From the IMG/VR virus record IMGVR_UViG_3300010163_000009, positions 32,001-96,000 of that record: 64,000 nucleotides of DNA. The stretch is one strand, 5' to 3'. The DNA comes from a virus. Its lineage: Duplodnaviria; Caudoviricetes. The position numbers were made by a program, and so were the translations under genes. Shown piece by piece: positions 47,483 through 57,553 of the stretch (position 1 is its first letter; each line of letters starts with the position of its first letter). The notes beneath the pieces are model-generated. The model saw only the letters and a program-made list of their open reading frames with translations, ran no database searches and had not been told where the DNA came from.

Positions 47483-47774
47483 TGAGGTTCCACTTGGTTA
47501 TAATCTGCGGCTCAATGCCCCATTAGAGTTCGATCTTATCATGCAAGTGGTCGGAGTCAATGGGGTTCCAGATGCAGATTTGGTAGAGGTGATCAGCTAT
47601 TCGTCTAAGAATCCATACTTCCGAACTGAGGATTTTAGACGTTTTTTGATTTTGTACAGAAATGAAGGGTGTTATGCAGAACATCCGAAGAAACCTCCAA
47701 AACCTCAGACCATTGTGGCTGCCATCAATCGAAGAAAAAAATGCAGTAAAAGAATTAAATTGAAACTGTATTAA
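47367..47774 (+). CDS. Basic protein with AT-hook-like KKRGRK repeats
   Basis: KKRGRKPKPKSPPKKRGRKRIP; ends exactly at a terminator. Confidence 0.6.
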   Translation: MALFNPYKPLKKGKKRGRKPKPKSPPKKRGRKRIPRKFDEVPLGYNLRLNAPLEFDLIMQVVGVNGVPDADLVEVISYSSKNPYFRTEDFRRFLILYRNEGCYAEHPKKPPKPQTIVAAINRRKKCSKRIKLKLY

Positions 47775-47809
47775 AAAAGTGCGAATGATAGAATTGTTCG
47801 CACTTTTTT
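47773..47809 (+). terminator. Terminator ending the structural region
   Basis: AAAAAAGTGCGAA...TTCGCACTTTTTT. Confidence 0.8.
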
Positions 47810-47831
47810 CACGCTCTTGAAAATTTTTGAT

Positions 47832-47839
47832 TACCTTTG
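47832..47839 (+). promoter_or_regulatory. Bacteroidota -7 promoter element upstream of thyX-nrdDG
   Basis: TACCTTTG; -33 element weak. Confidence 0.55.
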
Positions 47840-47900
47840 TACTGTATTTCAAATTGATTTCGTACAGAATCCGCTTTAACAATTATGCAAATCCCTGCAA

Positions 47901-48623
47901 ATGAAGAACTTTACTGTGTCTGTACGAAAACTTACAGACTTAGAACTTTTACAGGAGGCGTGTGCGACGACATTTTTGGGAACCAGTCACGCAACACTAA
48001 TTTCCCTTTATAAGTCTGAACACTCTCCAGTGCGAACTCAGCTATTTTGGATAAGCCTCAAAAACATTCCACTTTACATTAGTACGCACCTGATTCGTCA
48101 CCACGTCGGGTCGGTTCCTTTCCAATTAACTTGTCGAGATGACAGAAGTGGTGGCAATCCCGGTTTGCCCGGCAAGATTGATTCAGTCGTTGAACGATTG
48201 AAGGGTTTGGTTGATGTCTGGTATAAGGGCGGTGCATTCATCGACAACCATCAGCATGAAATAGATTTTATCTATAAAGAGCTGGAGTGGCTTAAAAACA
48301 ATGCTGACCGTGAAACACCTGTCAACCTCAGTCTTTGTATAAATGCTCAGTCATTGATTGATATGGCTAAGTTGAGACTATGTACAGGATGTGCGTCGCC
48401 CGGCACCGTAGTTGTATTCCAGGCGATAAAAGATGAAATTTTAAAAGTTGACCCAGATTTGGCTTCAACAATGGTGCGCAAATGCGTATATCGAGGTGGC
48501 ATTTGCGGAGAGCCAAGATGCTGTGGATTTAACGGAACCCAAAAATTCCGTGAAGAATTGTCCCAATATTTATCCAATTTCAATGAAAAACAAAAGGGGG
48601 TACTGCATGAAAACTGTAATTAA
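47901..48623 (+). CDS. thyX: Flavin-dependent thymidylate synthase-like protein
   Basis: EHSPVR, STHLIRHH, INAQSL...LRLC; adjacent to RNR. Confidence 0.7.
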   Translation: MKNFTVSVRKLTDLELLQEACATTFLGTSHATLISLYKSEHSPVRTQLFWISLKNIPLYISTHLIRHHVGSVPFQLTCRDDRSGGNPGLPGKIDSVVERLKGLVDVWYKGGAFIDNHQHEIDFIYKELEWLKNNADRETPVNLSLCINAQSLIDMAKLRLCTGCASPGTVVVFQAIKDEILKVDPDLASTMVRKCVYRGGICGEPRCCGFNGTQKFREELSQYLSNFNEKQKGVLHENCN

Positions 48624-50808
48624 ACGTGATGGCCGCAAAATGCCGTTTGACCATACACTTATCACTAAAGCAGTTCTTGCTGCCATGAAAGAAGTCGGCA
48701 CAATTGACGAAGATTATGCAGTGAAAATCGCCAACAAGATTGCATCAAAATGTAAAAGTGAAATTTCCGTGGAGGAAATTCAAAATCTTGTGGAAGAGAG
48801 TTTGATGGCTTCTAAATATAAAGATGCGGCCCGTGCATACATCTGCTATCGCAATGAACGCAATAAAGCTCGTCATCGTGAAAGCGACCAAATTATTCTC
48901 AGTATCATTGCCGCTGAGAAGAACGACATTACTCGTGAAAACGCAAACATGAATGCCGATACACCAGCCGGTATGGTAATGAAAATTGCCAGTGAGAGAA
49001 GCAAAGAGTTGGTAGATGATTACCTTTTGTCGGAAGAAGCGAAGAAAGCAGCAGCCGATAACATTCTTCATATTCACGACAAGGATTATTTGCCTACCAG
49101 AAGTTTGACTTGCATCCAGCATCCCGTAGATAAAATTCTTAGTGGAGGTTTTCAAGCTGGTCATGGAGAGTCACGTCCGGCAAAGCGTATTGAAACAGCC
49201 AGCATTTTGAGTTGTATTTCTATGGAGTCGGTTCAAAACGTTATGCACGGAGGTCAGGCTATTCCGGCATTTGATTTCTATATGGCACCCTATGTTCGCG
49301 TCACTTTCAAGGAAGAACTCAAAAAACTGGAAATGGTAAATGAGGTTGACTTATCCGAGGCATACGATGCACCTTACGACGATTTCATTATTAAGCCTTT
49401 GGATGGTATGAAATCATGGGAACGTATGGTACAACACGCCATGAACGAAACTGTTCGTCGTGTGCATCAGTCGATGGAAGCTTTCGTGCATAATTTAAAT
49501 ACAATTCATTCTCGTGGTGGGAATCAGGTTGTCTTCAGTTCGGTCAATTACGGTACAGATACGTCGGCAGAGGGTCGTTGTGTAATTCGTGAGCTTCTGC
49601 TTACTACCGAAAAAGGAATAGGTAATGGTTCTACTGCGATATTCCCGATTCAGATTTGGAAGAAAAAGCGCGGTGTAAGTTATTTACCGGGCGACCCGAA
49701 CTATGACCTCTATAAACTCGCTTGCCGTGTTACCGCCAAGCGTTTCTTTCCGAACTTTGTGAATCTCGATGCACCATTTAATCAACATGAAAAATGGCGT
49801 GCCGATGATCCGAAACGATATATGTACGAGGTTGCCACAATGGGATGTCGTACTCGTGTGTTTGAGAACCGTCATGGTGAAAAAACTTCGGTGGGTCGTG
49901 GCAATCTTAGCTTTTCAACAATCAATCTTCCAGGCATTGCTCTTAGCGTTCAGCACATAGAAGATAAAAATGAGCGTACTATGGCTTTTTTTGAAAAGCT
50001 TATTGATGCTATGAATGTGGCAGCACGTCAATTGCTTGATCGGTATGAATTTCAGTGTACGGCTCAAGCCAAGCAGTTTCCATTGCTGATGCAGGGATTG
50101 TGGATTGGCTCTGAAGCACTCGGTCCCAACGATGAAGTGAGAGCGGTACTTAAACATGGTACACTTGGAATCGGTTTTATTGGTCTTGCAGAATGTCTTG
50201 TGGCGCTTATCGGGCAGCATCACGGAGAAAGTGTTGCCGCACAGGAACTTGGTTTGAAAATAGTAGGCACTATGCGCAATTGTGTACAAGCGTTCTCTGA
50301 CAACTACGATATGAACTTTTCAGTTCTTGCAACTCCAGCAGAAGGTCTTTCTGGAAAGTTCACAAAGAAAGACAGACAGCAATATGGTATTATTCCGGGT
50401 GTAACCGATAGGGATTACTATACCAATTCTAACCATGTTCCGGTGTATTACAAATGCAGTGCTTCTCACAAAGCTCGGATAGAAGCTCCTTACCATGAAA
50501 TGACTCGTGGCGGACATATATTCTATGTGGAACTGGATGGCGATGCTACACACAATGTAGAAGCTGTGATGAACGTGGTGGATTTGATGGACCAATTCAA
50601 TATAGGATATTGCTCTATCAACCACACTCGCAATCGTTGTCTTGATTGTGGCTATGAAGATGCTCAAAAAGAACTTCTTACATGCCCAAATTGCGGAAGT
50701 GAGAATATAGACACTCTCCAGCGTATCACCGGCTATCTTGTAGGAACTACAGACCGTTGGAACTCCGCTAAACTTGCAGAGCTAAAAGACAGGAAAACGC
50801 ATGAGTAA
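48607..50808 (+). CDS. nrdD: Anaerobic (class III) ribonucleoside-triphosphate reductase
   Basis: ATP-cone (VIKRDGR), HIHD, MGCRT, ATPAEG, YYTNS, CxxC..CPxC, glycyl-radical RITGYL; ATG at 48607. Confidence 0.97.
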   Translation: MKTVIKRDGRKMPFDHTLITKAVLAAMKEVGTIDEDYAVKIANKIASKCKSEISVEEIQNLVEESLMASKYKDAARAYICYRNERNKARHRESDQIILSIIAAEKNDITRENANMNADTPAGMVMKIASERSKELVDDYLLSEEAKKAAADNILHIHDKDYLPTRSLTCIQHPVDKILSGGFQAGHGESRPAKRIETASILSCISMESVQNVMHGGQAIPAFDFYMAPYVRVTFKEELKKLEMVNEVDLSEAYDAPYDDFIIKPLDGMKSWERMVQHAMNETVRRVHQSMEAFVHNLNTIHSRGGNQVVFSSVNYGTDTSAEGRCVIRELLLTTEKGIGNGSTAIFPIQIWKKKRGVSYLPGDPNYDLYKLACRVTAKRFFPNFVNLDAPFNQHEKWRADDPKRYMYEVATMGCRTRVFENRHGEKTSVGRGNLSFSTINLPGIALSVQHIEDKNERTMAFFEKLIDAMNVAARQLLDRYEFQCTAQAKQFPLLMQGLWIGSEALGPNDEVRAVLKHGTLGIGFIGLAECLVALIGQHHGESVAAQELGLKIVGTMRNCVQAFSDNYDMNFSVLATPAEGLSGKFTKKDRQQYGIIPGVTDRDYYTNSNHVPVYYKCSASHKARIEAPYHEMTRGGHIFYVELDGDATHNVEAVMNVVDLMDQFNIGYCSINHTRNRCLDCGYEDAQKELLTCPNCGSENIDTLQRITGYLVGTTDRWNSAKLAELKDRKTHE

Positions 50809-51295
50809 TTATTTATATGTAGCAAAAATTGTCAGCTCAACCTCTGTCGATGGGGTTGGGCTGCGAAATTCGCTTTATGTATCCGGGTGTAATCTTCATT
50901 GCCCCGGATGTCATAATAAGGAATGGTGGCCATTAAAATCTGGGAGAAAAATGACAGTTGAAGAGGTCTATGCAGCTCTTAATACTGACAACTTCAATAT
51001 TTCAATTCTCGGAGGCGAGCCTCTTATGCAATACCCGGCAATTCTTGAACTTTGCCAGCTTATTAAAGAACGCACCGGCAAAACCATTTGGTTGTGGACC
51101 GGATATGAAATAATACAAGTTCAGGATTCATTTGGAGACCTGATAAATTATGTGGATGTCATAGTTGATGGGGCGTTTAAAGAGGACTTGCGCGACACCA
51201 GTCTGTCTTTTAGAGGGTCCAAAAATCAGCGGATATATGAGATAGTACATAATCCGGAGATTTGCGTTACTGATATATCTGATATGTTTGTGTAG
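50801..51295 (+). CDS. nrdG: Anaerobic RNR activase (radical SAM)
   Basis: DGVGLR, CNLHCPGC, LGGEP, VDG, RGSKNQR. Confidence 0.95.
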   Translation: MSNYLYVAKIVSSTSVDGVGLRNSLYVSGCNLHCPGCHNKEWWPLKSGRKMTVEEVYAALNTDNFNISILGGEPLMQYPAILELCQLIKERTGKTIWLWTGYEIIQVQDSFGDLINYVDVIVDGAFKEDLRDTSLSFRGSKNQRIYEIVHNPEICVTDISDMFV

Positions 51296-51300
51296 TGCAA

Positions 51301-51335
51301 AATATAACATTTTTAAAAATAATCTTTTTGATATA
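51301..51335. promoter_or_regulatory. Operator-like repeated element, copy C
   Basis: AAAATAATCTTTTTGATATA (51316-51335) is 19/20 identical to 8976-8995; both are preceded by AATATAACA at the same offset. Confidence 0.5.
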
Positions 51336-51415
51336 TTTGAAAATAATAATAACTTGATTTACAGTAATATTATCAATTTTATTTTTAACTGCTTGAAAAT
51401 TTTTATTCAAATGTT

Positions 51416-51448
51416 TTTGTTAAGTTTAAAATTTGTCTTAATTTTGCA
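51416..51448 (+). promoter_or_regulatory. Bacteroidota primary-sigma promoter for the replication operon
   Basis: TTTG (51416-51419), 19-bp spacer, TAATTTTGCA (51439-51448). Confidence 0.75.
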
Positions 51449-51478
51449 TCGTAACCAATAATAACGAATGAATATGAC

Positions 51479-51952
51479 ATGATTAGAAGTAAGGGTATAG
51501 TCGAAGTCCATGAGGGCTATGCCGACATCAGCGAGCTTAAAGAGGCTGTGGACATTCTACCGGATGGAGAATACGGTTATCTCCTTTTCGATAAGAACAA
51601 AAACCGCTCGCTACCTCAGTTGAAGTTTCTTTTCGGGTATCTGTTGAAAACCTTGAGCGAAGAGCTGGAGGGCAACCCGGATCCAGAAGCATTATACAGT
51701 TATTTTGAAGAGCTTTACGCACCACTTCATCGCTGTAAAATCCCAGGAGAGGCAAATGTATTTGAATACTTTGACCTCAAAAATGAACCAGCAACTGAGA
51801 TGGATTATGTTATCAACAAGATTATCCATCATGCCAAGACAGAATGGGGCATTGACCTGTTGACCCGTGAGGGAATAAAAGCCGCAGAAGCAGCGGAACT
51901 TTACGCAGGAGCCTATGCTGATACTTGGAAGAATTATCAAAGAAAAGTCTAA
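51479..51952 (+). CDS. NinB-like recombination accessory protein (tentative)
   Basis: RSLPQLKFLFG..LKTLS pattern; position before SSB/SbcCD. Confidence 0.45.
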   Translation: MIRSKGIVEVHEGYADISELKEAVDILPDGEYGYLLFDKNKNRSLPQLKFLFGYLLKTLSEELEGNPDPEALYSYFEELYAPLHRCKIPGEANVFEYFDLKNEPATEMDYVINKIIHHAKTEWGIDLLTREGIKAAEAAELYAGAYADTWKNYQRKV

Positions 51953-51966
51953 ACGACAATTCTCTT

Positions 51967-53367
51967 ATGATGGAACAAGAAAAATCACGTTCACTCTTTG
52001 ACGTGTTTGCGGCTTCCCAAGAAACATTTGAAGACGCAAAGAAAAAGAGCAGTGAAGAGAGCAGTAAACGCGCCTCATTTTTCCGTTTTGCCAAGGACGG
52101 CACTTATGCTATTCGTATTCTTCCTCTTGCCCCCGTTCAGGACAAGGAAGGGAATTTCCTTCCATTGGAGCGTAAAGGTTATGAATATCCTCTTCGATCT
52201 CTAATGCTTAAAATCGAGAACGATAAAAAGCTTGTCAAGGGTAAACCTTCTATTACCTATGTTACAGTTTGTAACGCTAAGTATGCTTTTAAGGATATTG
52301 ACGCAGACCTAATTGACACATACGTTTCGGTCGCTTGCGAAAAGTATGTCGATGATGACAAACTTTGTAAGAAATTGCGTGAAGGAAGCTTCTCTGGTGG
52401 TTTGAAATGGGATTCTCGCCGTTGTATGTACATCATTGACCTTGACAATCCCGGTGACGGCATTCAAATCCTCCAGCTTTCTTATTCACAATATAAAGAT
52501 TTGGAAGAGCGTAAGCTGAATCTGTGGGGCAAACTTAACAAAAACGGCAAAAATGTACCGTGCCCTATTTCGTCAATCGATTCTGCATATCCGGTAGAAA
52601 TCACACGCAAAACAGAAAATGGGAAAGCCGCATATAGCTTTAACATTGACACAGTATCAGACAAAGACATTTTGGATGAGACAGTGCTCCAACGTCTCCT
52701 TGATATGCCTCGTTTGCCTGAACAAATATACCGTTACACCCGCTATCATTTAGAAGCTACTATCGCTTACCTCACTCAGCTTGATGAAAAGTTTGATATT
52801 GATGTGGTGAATGAAGAAGAAATTCAGAATTGTATCACACAAATCAAGACTTTGTTGCCAGCCGATGACCAATCTCACTTTACTCTTAGTGAAGGCAAAG
52901 ACGATGGAGATGATGAAGGTTCTACAAATGACATTGACTCGCTTTGGGAGCGTTATGATGCACTTTGTAAAGAAGACCTTGATGATCAGACCGCAGAGGG
53001 ACAAGAACTCCGCACGGCTATTATGGCTTATATTGAAGCTAATGACCTGAACGTTAAGGTTACTCGTAAGAAGACTAACGAGGACATCCTTAATGAGATT
53101 GAGGACGAGCTTGCTAATGCCGATAATAAGAGCGAAGACGACGAGGAAGAAGAACCGGAACAGGTTCCTGCCCCTAAACGTCGTTCTATCCCTGTTGAAG
53201 AAGAAGAGGATGATGCAGAACCGACACAGCCTGAAGATGATGAAGAAGCTGCTGCGCCAGAGCCAGAACGTCCTGCACGCTCACGCCGTGAACACAATGA
53301 TGACACAAATGAACCGGCTGCACGTGCAAGTCGTCGTGGAACCCGTCCACCTCGCCGCCGTGATTAA
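51967..53367 (+). CDS. Single-stranded DNA-binding protein (T4 gp32-like) with long acidic tail
   Basis: FFRFAKDGTYAIRILP; very acidic C-terminus ending in an Arg-rich stretch; replication-module position. Confidence 0.6.
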   Translation: MMEQEKSRSLFDVFAASQETFEDAKKKSSEESSKRASFFRFAKDGTYAIRILPLAPVQDKEGNFLPLERKGYEYPLRSLMLKIENDKKLVKGKPSITYVTVCNAKYAFKDIDADLIDTYVSVACEKYVDDDKLCKKLREGSFSGGLKWDSRRCMYIIDLDNPGDGIQILQLSYSQYKDLEERKLNLWGKLNKNGKNVPCPISSIDSAYPVEITRKTENGKAAYSFNIDTVSDKDILDETVLQRLLDMPRLPEQIYRYTRYHLEATIAYLTQLDEKFDIDVVNEEEIQNCITQIKTLLPADDQSHFTLSEGKDDGDDEGSTNDIDSLWERYDALCKEDLDDQTAEGQELRTAIMAYIEANDLNVKVTRKKTNEDILNEIEDELANADNKSEDDEEEEPEQVPAPKRRSIPVEEEEDDAEPTQPEDDEEAAAPEPERPARSRREHNDDTNEPAARASRRGTRPPRRRD

Positions 53368-53386
53368 ATAACAACGCACTCTAACC

Positions 53387-53422
53387 GAAATGCTCGTCCA
53401 TACTTAATTGGATGAGCATTTC
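53387..53422 (+). terminator. Hairpin after SSB gene
   Basis: GAAATGCTCGTCCA / TGGATGAGCATTTC. Confidence 0.6.
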
Positions 53423-53441
53423 TCCTAAAGCATTATTGATT

Positions 53442-54482
53442 ATGTCAAAGATATTTCCATGTGCGTTGTTGATTAACGACATTCACGCCAGCAAAGATAA
53501 TATTTCCGAGTTCCGTAAGAATTGGGACGAAGCACTTGAACTATGCAAGCAGAACGAAGTACAGTATCTGATTGTAGGAGGCGATATGTGGCTTTCACGA
53601 AGCTCTCAAACTTTGGATGTCCTTATGGCAGTCCGTTGGGCTATCTTGAAAGCTACTAAACAATACGGACTTTATGTGATTATCGCTGAAGGCAATCATT
53701 GTAAGGTCAATCTTGAAAACATAGAGGGTTACAGCCATGTGTTTTCTGATTATGAAAACGTAGAAGTCGTTAATGATTTCACAGAGATTGTTCTTTCAGA
53801 TGAAGTATCATTATGGGTAATGAGTTATTTCCCTGAAAACGGTTCGTTCATCAATAAACTGGACGCTATTAAACAAGAATATAGCACCAAGAAGAATGTG
53901 CTATATATTCACGAAGGAATCCGTGGTGGCTTAGCTACTCCCAGTGATGATGAATTACCCGCCAATATCTTTAATGGATTCAATTCCGTATTGGTTGGAC
54001 ATTACCATAATCGTAAACAAATTCATGGTACAATAATAGAATATATCGGTTCTTCTCGCCAGCACAATTTTGGTGAAGATGAGGAGAAAGGTTATACTAT
54101 ACTTTATTCAGATGGTTCTACTAAGTTTATCAAGAACGAGGTGAACCTGCGATACAAGGTCATCGAGGTAGATGTTGCAGACATGGATGACGATTTTATG
54201 AATATGCTGGCTGAAATTAAAACCGATAGCCGCTATAAAGTCAAGGTTCGTGTTAAATGCGATTCTTCCCAGTCTTCCGCTATCAACAAACAGAAACTTG
54301 CCGAAACCGGAGCTAACAAAATTGAGCTTGTCACAGAGCAAACAGAAGTGATGCGCACAGACCATCAGAGCATTACCCAGAAGTTTGACAAGTCAGGCAT
54401 TAAGGAAGAGTACACTAACTTCTGTACTCAGAAATCCATCGATAATCAGCTTGGTCTCCACTATCTTGAAAAACTTAATTAA
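53442..54482 (+). CDS. SbcD/Mre11-like metallophosphoesterase nuclease
   Basis: NDIH, GGD, GNH, HEG, GHYH, YIGSSRQHNFGE. Confidence 0.9.
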   Translation: MSKIFPCALLINDIHASKDNISEFRKNWDEALELCKQNEVQYLIVGGDMWLSRSSQTLDVLMAVRWAILKATKQYGLYVIIAEGNHCKVNLENIEGYSHVFSDYENVEVVNDFTEIVLSDEVSLWVMSYFPENGSFINKLDAIKQEYSTKKNVLYIHEGIRGGLATPSDDELPANIFNGFNSVLVGHYHNRKQIHGTIIEYIGSSRQHNFGEDEEKGYTILYSDGSTKFIKNEVNLRYKVIEVDVADMDDDFMNMLAEIKTDSRYKVKVRVKCDSSQSSAINKQKLAETGANKIELVTEQTEVMRTDHQSITQKFDKSGIKEEYTNFCTQKSIDNQLGLHYLEKLN

Positions 54483-54484
54483 GT

Positions 54485-56821
54485 ATGTGGCATCTTAAAT
54501 CCATTCACGCTAAAAACCTTTGCTCGTTCCTTGAATTGGATTATTCCCCCAAGCAGGGAGCGGCAACCCTCATATTTGGCAATAACCTTGATAGCGATTC
54601 CCAGAACTCAAATGGCTCCGGGAAATCCGCATTGATAGAGGCTATTGCAATAGGACTTACCGGAGAACCGCTTCGTAAAGTCAATGTCGATGAAATTATC
54701 AATGACATGAAAGACGAGGCGATAATCAATATTATCCTAACCAATGATGTCTTGGGAGAACGAATGACTATTAATCGCCGTTTGTCTCGTAAACAACCTC
54801 AGCAAATTAATATTATAAAGCAGTCTGGTCCATACGATACCGATACTGAGGACATCATTCAAGCTACGGTTGCGGATTATAACAAGTATATTCTCGAACA
54901 AATAGGTTTGTCTAAGGAGGACATCTTCGGCAATTTTATACTAACTGCTCGCAAATACAAGTCTTTTCTTTCCAGCTCAGACAAAGAGAAAAAAGAGATT
55001 ATCAATCGTTTCAGCAATGGTATTATGGTGGATCAGTCCATCGAAGAACTCCATGCAGATATAGAGCCTATTGAAGCTGAGATGAAAGAAGCAGAAAAAG
55101 AGGTAGCTACATGCACCGGTCGTGTAGAAGCGCTTGGTGCTGAAATCGAGAAAGCTATCAATGAGTCCGCAGAACGCAGAGCAACCAATGAAACTCGCAT
55201 AAAGAACTGGGAGGATTTGATTGCTCGGAAACGTTCTGACATCCGTATGGCCAATGACAATATCGAAAAGATAGATGATAGTCTTGGTAGTCTGGATGAA
55301 CTTGATGTCGAAATGCAGAAACTTGAAAAGTGTGACAAAGATGTCAACGAAACGCTCAACGTTATTATAGAGCGGTTCAATGCCAATGGTCTTGCTCTTA
55401 CTACGGATTATGCACACGAGATGACTGTTCTTGGTACTCAGCTTGATTCTGTTTCTCAAAATGCAAAAGAAGTGGCGGATAAAGTAAAGGAACTATATGA
55501 ATCATTAGAGAAAGCTGAAGATGAGTACACACAAACTTGCGCCACGCTTAAATTCAAATTGGAGAAAAATGAAGCCAATCGCGCAGAGTGTGCCGATCGT
55601 TTGGAAAAACTTGCTAAGGCAGTAACACGTCTTCAGAACAAAGCCGATTCATTGAATAATGATGAACGTGCAAAAAAACGTGAGGCGGCATCTCTTGAAA
55701 ATCAACTTGCCGGTGTCATCCAGTGTCCGAAATGCAAGCATGAGTTTACCCTTAATGCGCAATTGGACATTGAATCCGCACGTAAAAGTTTGGAATCCGT
55801 AAAAAATGCGATTGTTCAAATAGGAAATGATATTATATCTAATAATAAGGAGTATAGTAAAACAGTTTTAGACGGTAAGAACCAGCGTGAGATAGCAATA
55901 TCGCTTGAAAACGAGCGTCGCCAAATTGCACAGGATTCCGATAATGCAGAAAAAATCATAAAAGAATCCCGGCAGACTTATGCGCAATATGAAGAAAAAG
56001 TAGAAGAGGCTAACTCCAAACTTCTCTTGATTCAAGACAAACTTTCTAAAATCCGTAAGCGTATTTTCGATGAGGTATTTGAGATTATAGATGGTGCATA
56101 TAAGCGTCGTGAGAATCAGATAAAATCTTTGGAAGAAGATATAAATACGATGAAAGGTTCCATTGCATCTTACGAAAAGGCAATAGAGGATGCCAAAAAC
56201 GCTTCTGAGGAGGATATGCTTGCTTCTTTGAGAAAGAGCCAAACTGAATATCAGAAAGCATTACAAGAAGCTGTAGAAGCAAAGAATGAGGTTGAAAGCA
56301 GACTGAATGAGCTTAAAGCTCAGGAGTTATATTTCATTGAGTTTAAGACATACCTTGCGAATACAAAAATCAATGCCATATCACAGATAACTAATGAGTT
56401 TTTAGAGACTATTGGTAGTGATATACGCGTTGCACTTTCCGGATATACTATTTTGAAATCTGGAAAAGTACGTGATAAAATTTCTGTCTCACTGCTTAGA
56501 GACGGGGTTGATTGCGGTTCATTCGAGAAGTTTTCAGCAGGAGAACGTGTGCGAGTTGAACTTGCAAGCATATTGAGTATGAATCAATTGACGAATCTGA
56601 ATTGCGAAGATGGGAAAGGTCTTGACCTTCTTATCGCGGATGAGGTTCTTGACAGCGCTGATGAGCAAGGTCTTGCCAGCGTCTTCAAGGCACTAAACCA
56701 AACGCAAATCACTTCATTAGTGGTTAGTCACGGCCAAGTGCATGAGGGCTATCCCAACAAAATTACTGTAACAAAAAGTAATGGGATTTCCTCAATTTAT
56801 GAAACAGCAGACAACAACTGA
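54485..56821 (+). CDS. SbcC/Rad50-like SMC ATPase
   Basis: Walker A NGSGKS, coiled coils, Zn-hook CPKC, signature FSAGE, Walker B LIADE, SH. Confidence 0.92.
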   Translation: MWHLKSIHAKNLCSFLELDYSPKQGAATLIFGNNLDSDSQNSNGSGKSALIEAIAIGLTGEPLRKVNVDEIINDMKDEAIINIILTNDVLGERMTINRRLSRKQPQQINIIKQSGPYDTDTEDIIQATVADYNKYILEQIGLSKEDIFGNFILTARKYKSFLSSSDKEKKEIINRFSNGIMVDQSIEELHADIEPIEAEMKEAEKEVATCTGRVEALGAEIEKAINESAERRATNETRIKNWEDLIARKRSDIRMANDNIEKIDDSLGSLDELDVEMQKLEKCDKDVNETLNVIIERFNANGLALTTDYAHEMTVLGTQLDSVSQNAKEVADKVKELYESLEKAEDEYTQTCATLKFKLEKNEANRAECADRLEKLAKAVTRLQNKADSLNNDERAKKREAASLENQLAGVIQCPKCKHEFTLNAQLDIESARKSLESVKNAIVQIGNDIISNNKEYSKTVLDGKNQREIAISLENERRQIAQDSDNAEKIIKESRQTYAQYEEKVEEANSKLLLIQDKLSKIRKRIFDEVFEIIDGAYKRRENQIKSLEEDINTMKGSIASYEKAIEDAKNASEEDMLASLRKSQTEYQKALQEAVEAKNEVESRLNELKAQELYFIEFKTYLANTKINAISQITNEFLETIGSDIRVALSGYTILKSGKVRDKISVSLLRDGVDCGSFEKFSAGERVRVELASILSMNQLTNLNCEDGKGLDLLIADEVLDSADEQGLASVFKALNQTQITSLVVSHGQVHEGYPNKITVTKSNGISSIYETADNN

Positions 56822-57281
56822 AAAACTTACCCGGAACGAAGTGGCCGCACTTGACATCGCTACGCATACAGGCTTCTTTTGCTTAAACGAACGTGGTACA
56901 TGGGATTTTACTGAGTCCATGCGCCGGAACAACAATAAACAACACAAGGCGTTCCGCGACACGTTGATTGATTTCATCCAACGTAATGGTATAAAGCAAA
57001 TAGTGGCTGAAGATGTTAGTGTGAATAATCATTTCACTGACACACGCAAACTTTCAGAGTTCCGTGGAATACTATTCGAGGTGTGCGACACTCTCGATCT
57101 CCCTGAACCTCATTTCATCAATCCGGCTTCACTTAAAAAGTTCGCTACAGGAGATGGGAAGGCTACAAAGGAGAAAATGATTGAGTTTTGTAAACTCAGA
57201 TGGCAAATTGAGCCCGGCGATGATAATGAGGCCGACGCGATTCACATATTCTTCTGTTATATCAAGCGTTTCAACCTCTAA
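56799..57281 (+). CDS. RuvC-like Holliday junction resolvase
   Basis: ALDIATHTG, AED, LKKFATGDGKATKE, DNEADA. Confidence 0.85.
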   Translation: MKQQTTTEKLTRNEVAALDIATHTGFFCLNERGTWDFTESMRRNNNKQHKAFRDTLIDFIQRNGIKQIVAEDVSVNNHFTDTRKLSEFRGILFEVCDTLDLPEPHFINPASLKKFATGDGKATKEKMIEFCKLRWQIEPGDDNEADAIHIFFCYIKRFNL

Positions 57282-57283
57282 TC

Positions 57284-57553
57284 ATGCAAAAGTTGAATTA
57301 CAATGATAGATTAAAAAAGGAAGGCAAAAAGCATAAAAAGGTTCTTGATAAGCATCTCAAAGATTTCTTTCAGTTACTTGATTCAAAGCCAAAGCCTACC
57401 AATGAAAAAGTTCGAGCTGAGTTCATAAGACATGAGGCAGAATGGCGCTTGTATAGTGTCACGCACGGTCTTGGGACACGTATAGCAGATTTGTTTAACG
57501 CTAACGTGTCACTCGAATGGGAACGAAAGTACACCTTACCGAGCAAAAAGTAG
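57284..57553 (+). CDS. Hypothetical protein
   Basis: 89-aa ORF coupled between resolvase and sigma factor. Confidence 0.55.
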   Translation: MQKLNYNDRLKKEGKKHKKVLDKHLKDFFQLLDSKPKPTNEKVRAEFIRHEAEWRLYSVTHGLGTRIADLFNANVSLEWERKYTLPSKK

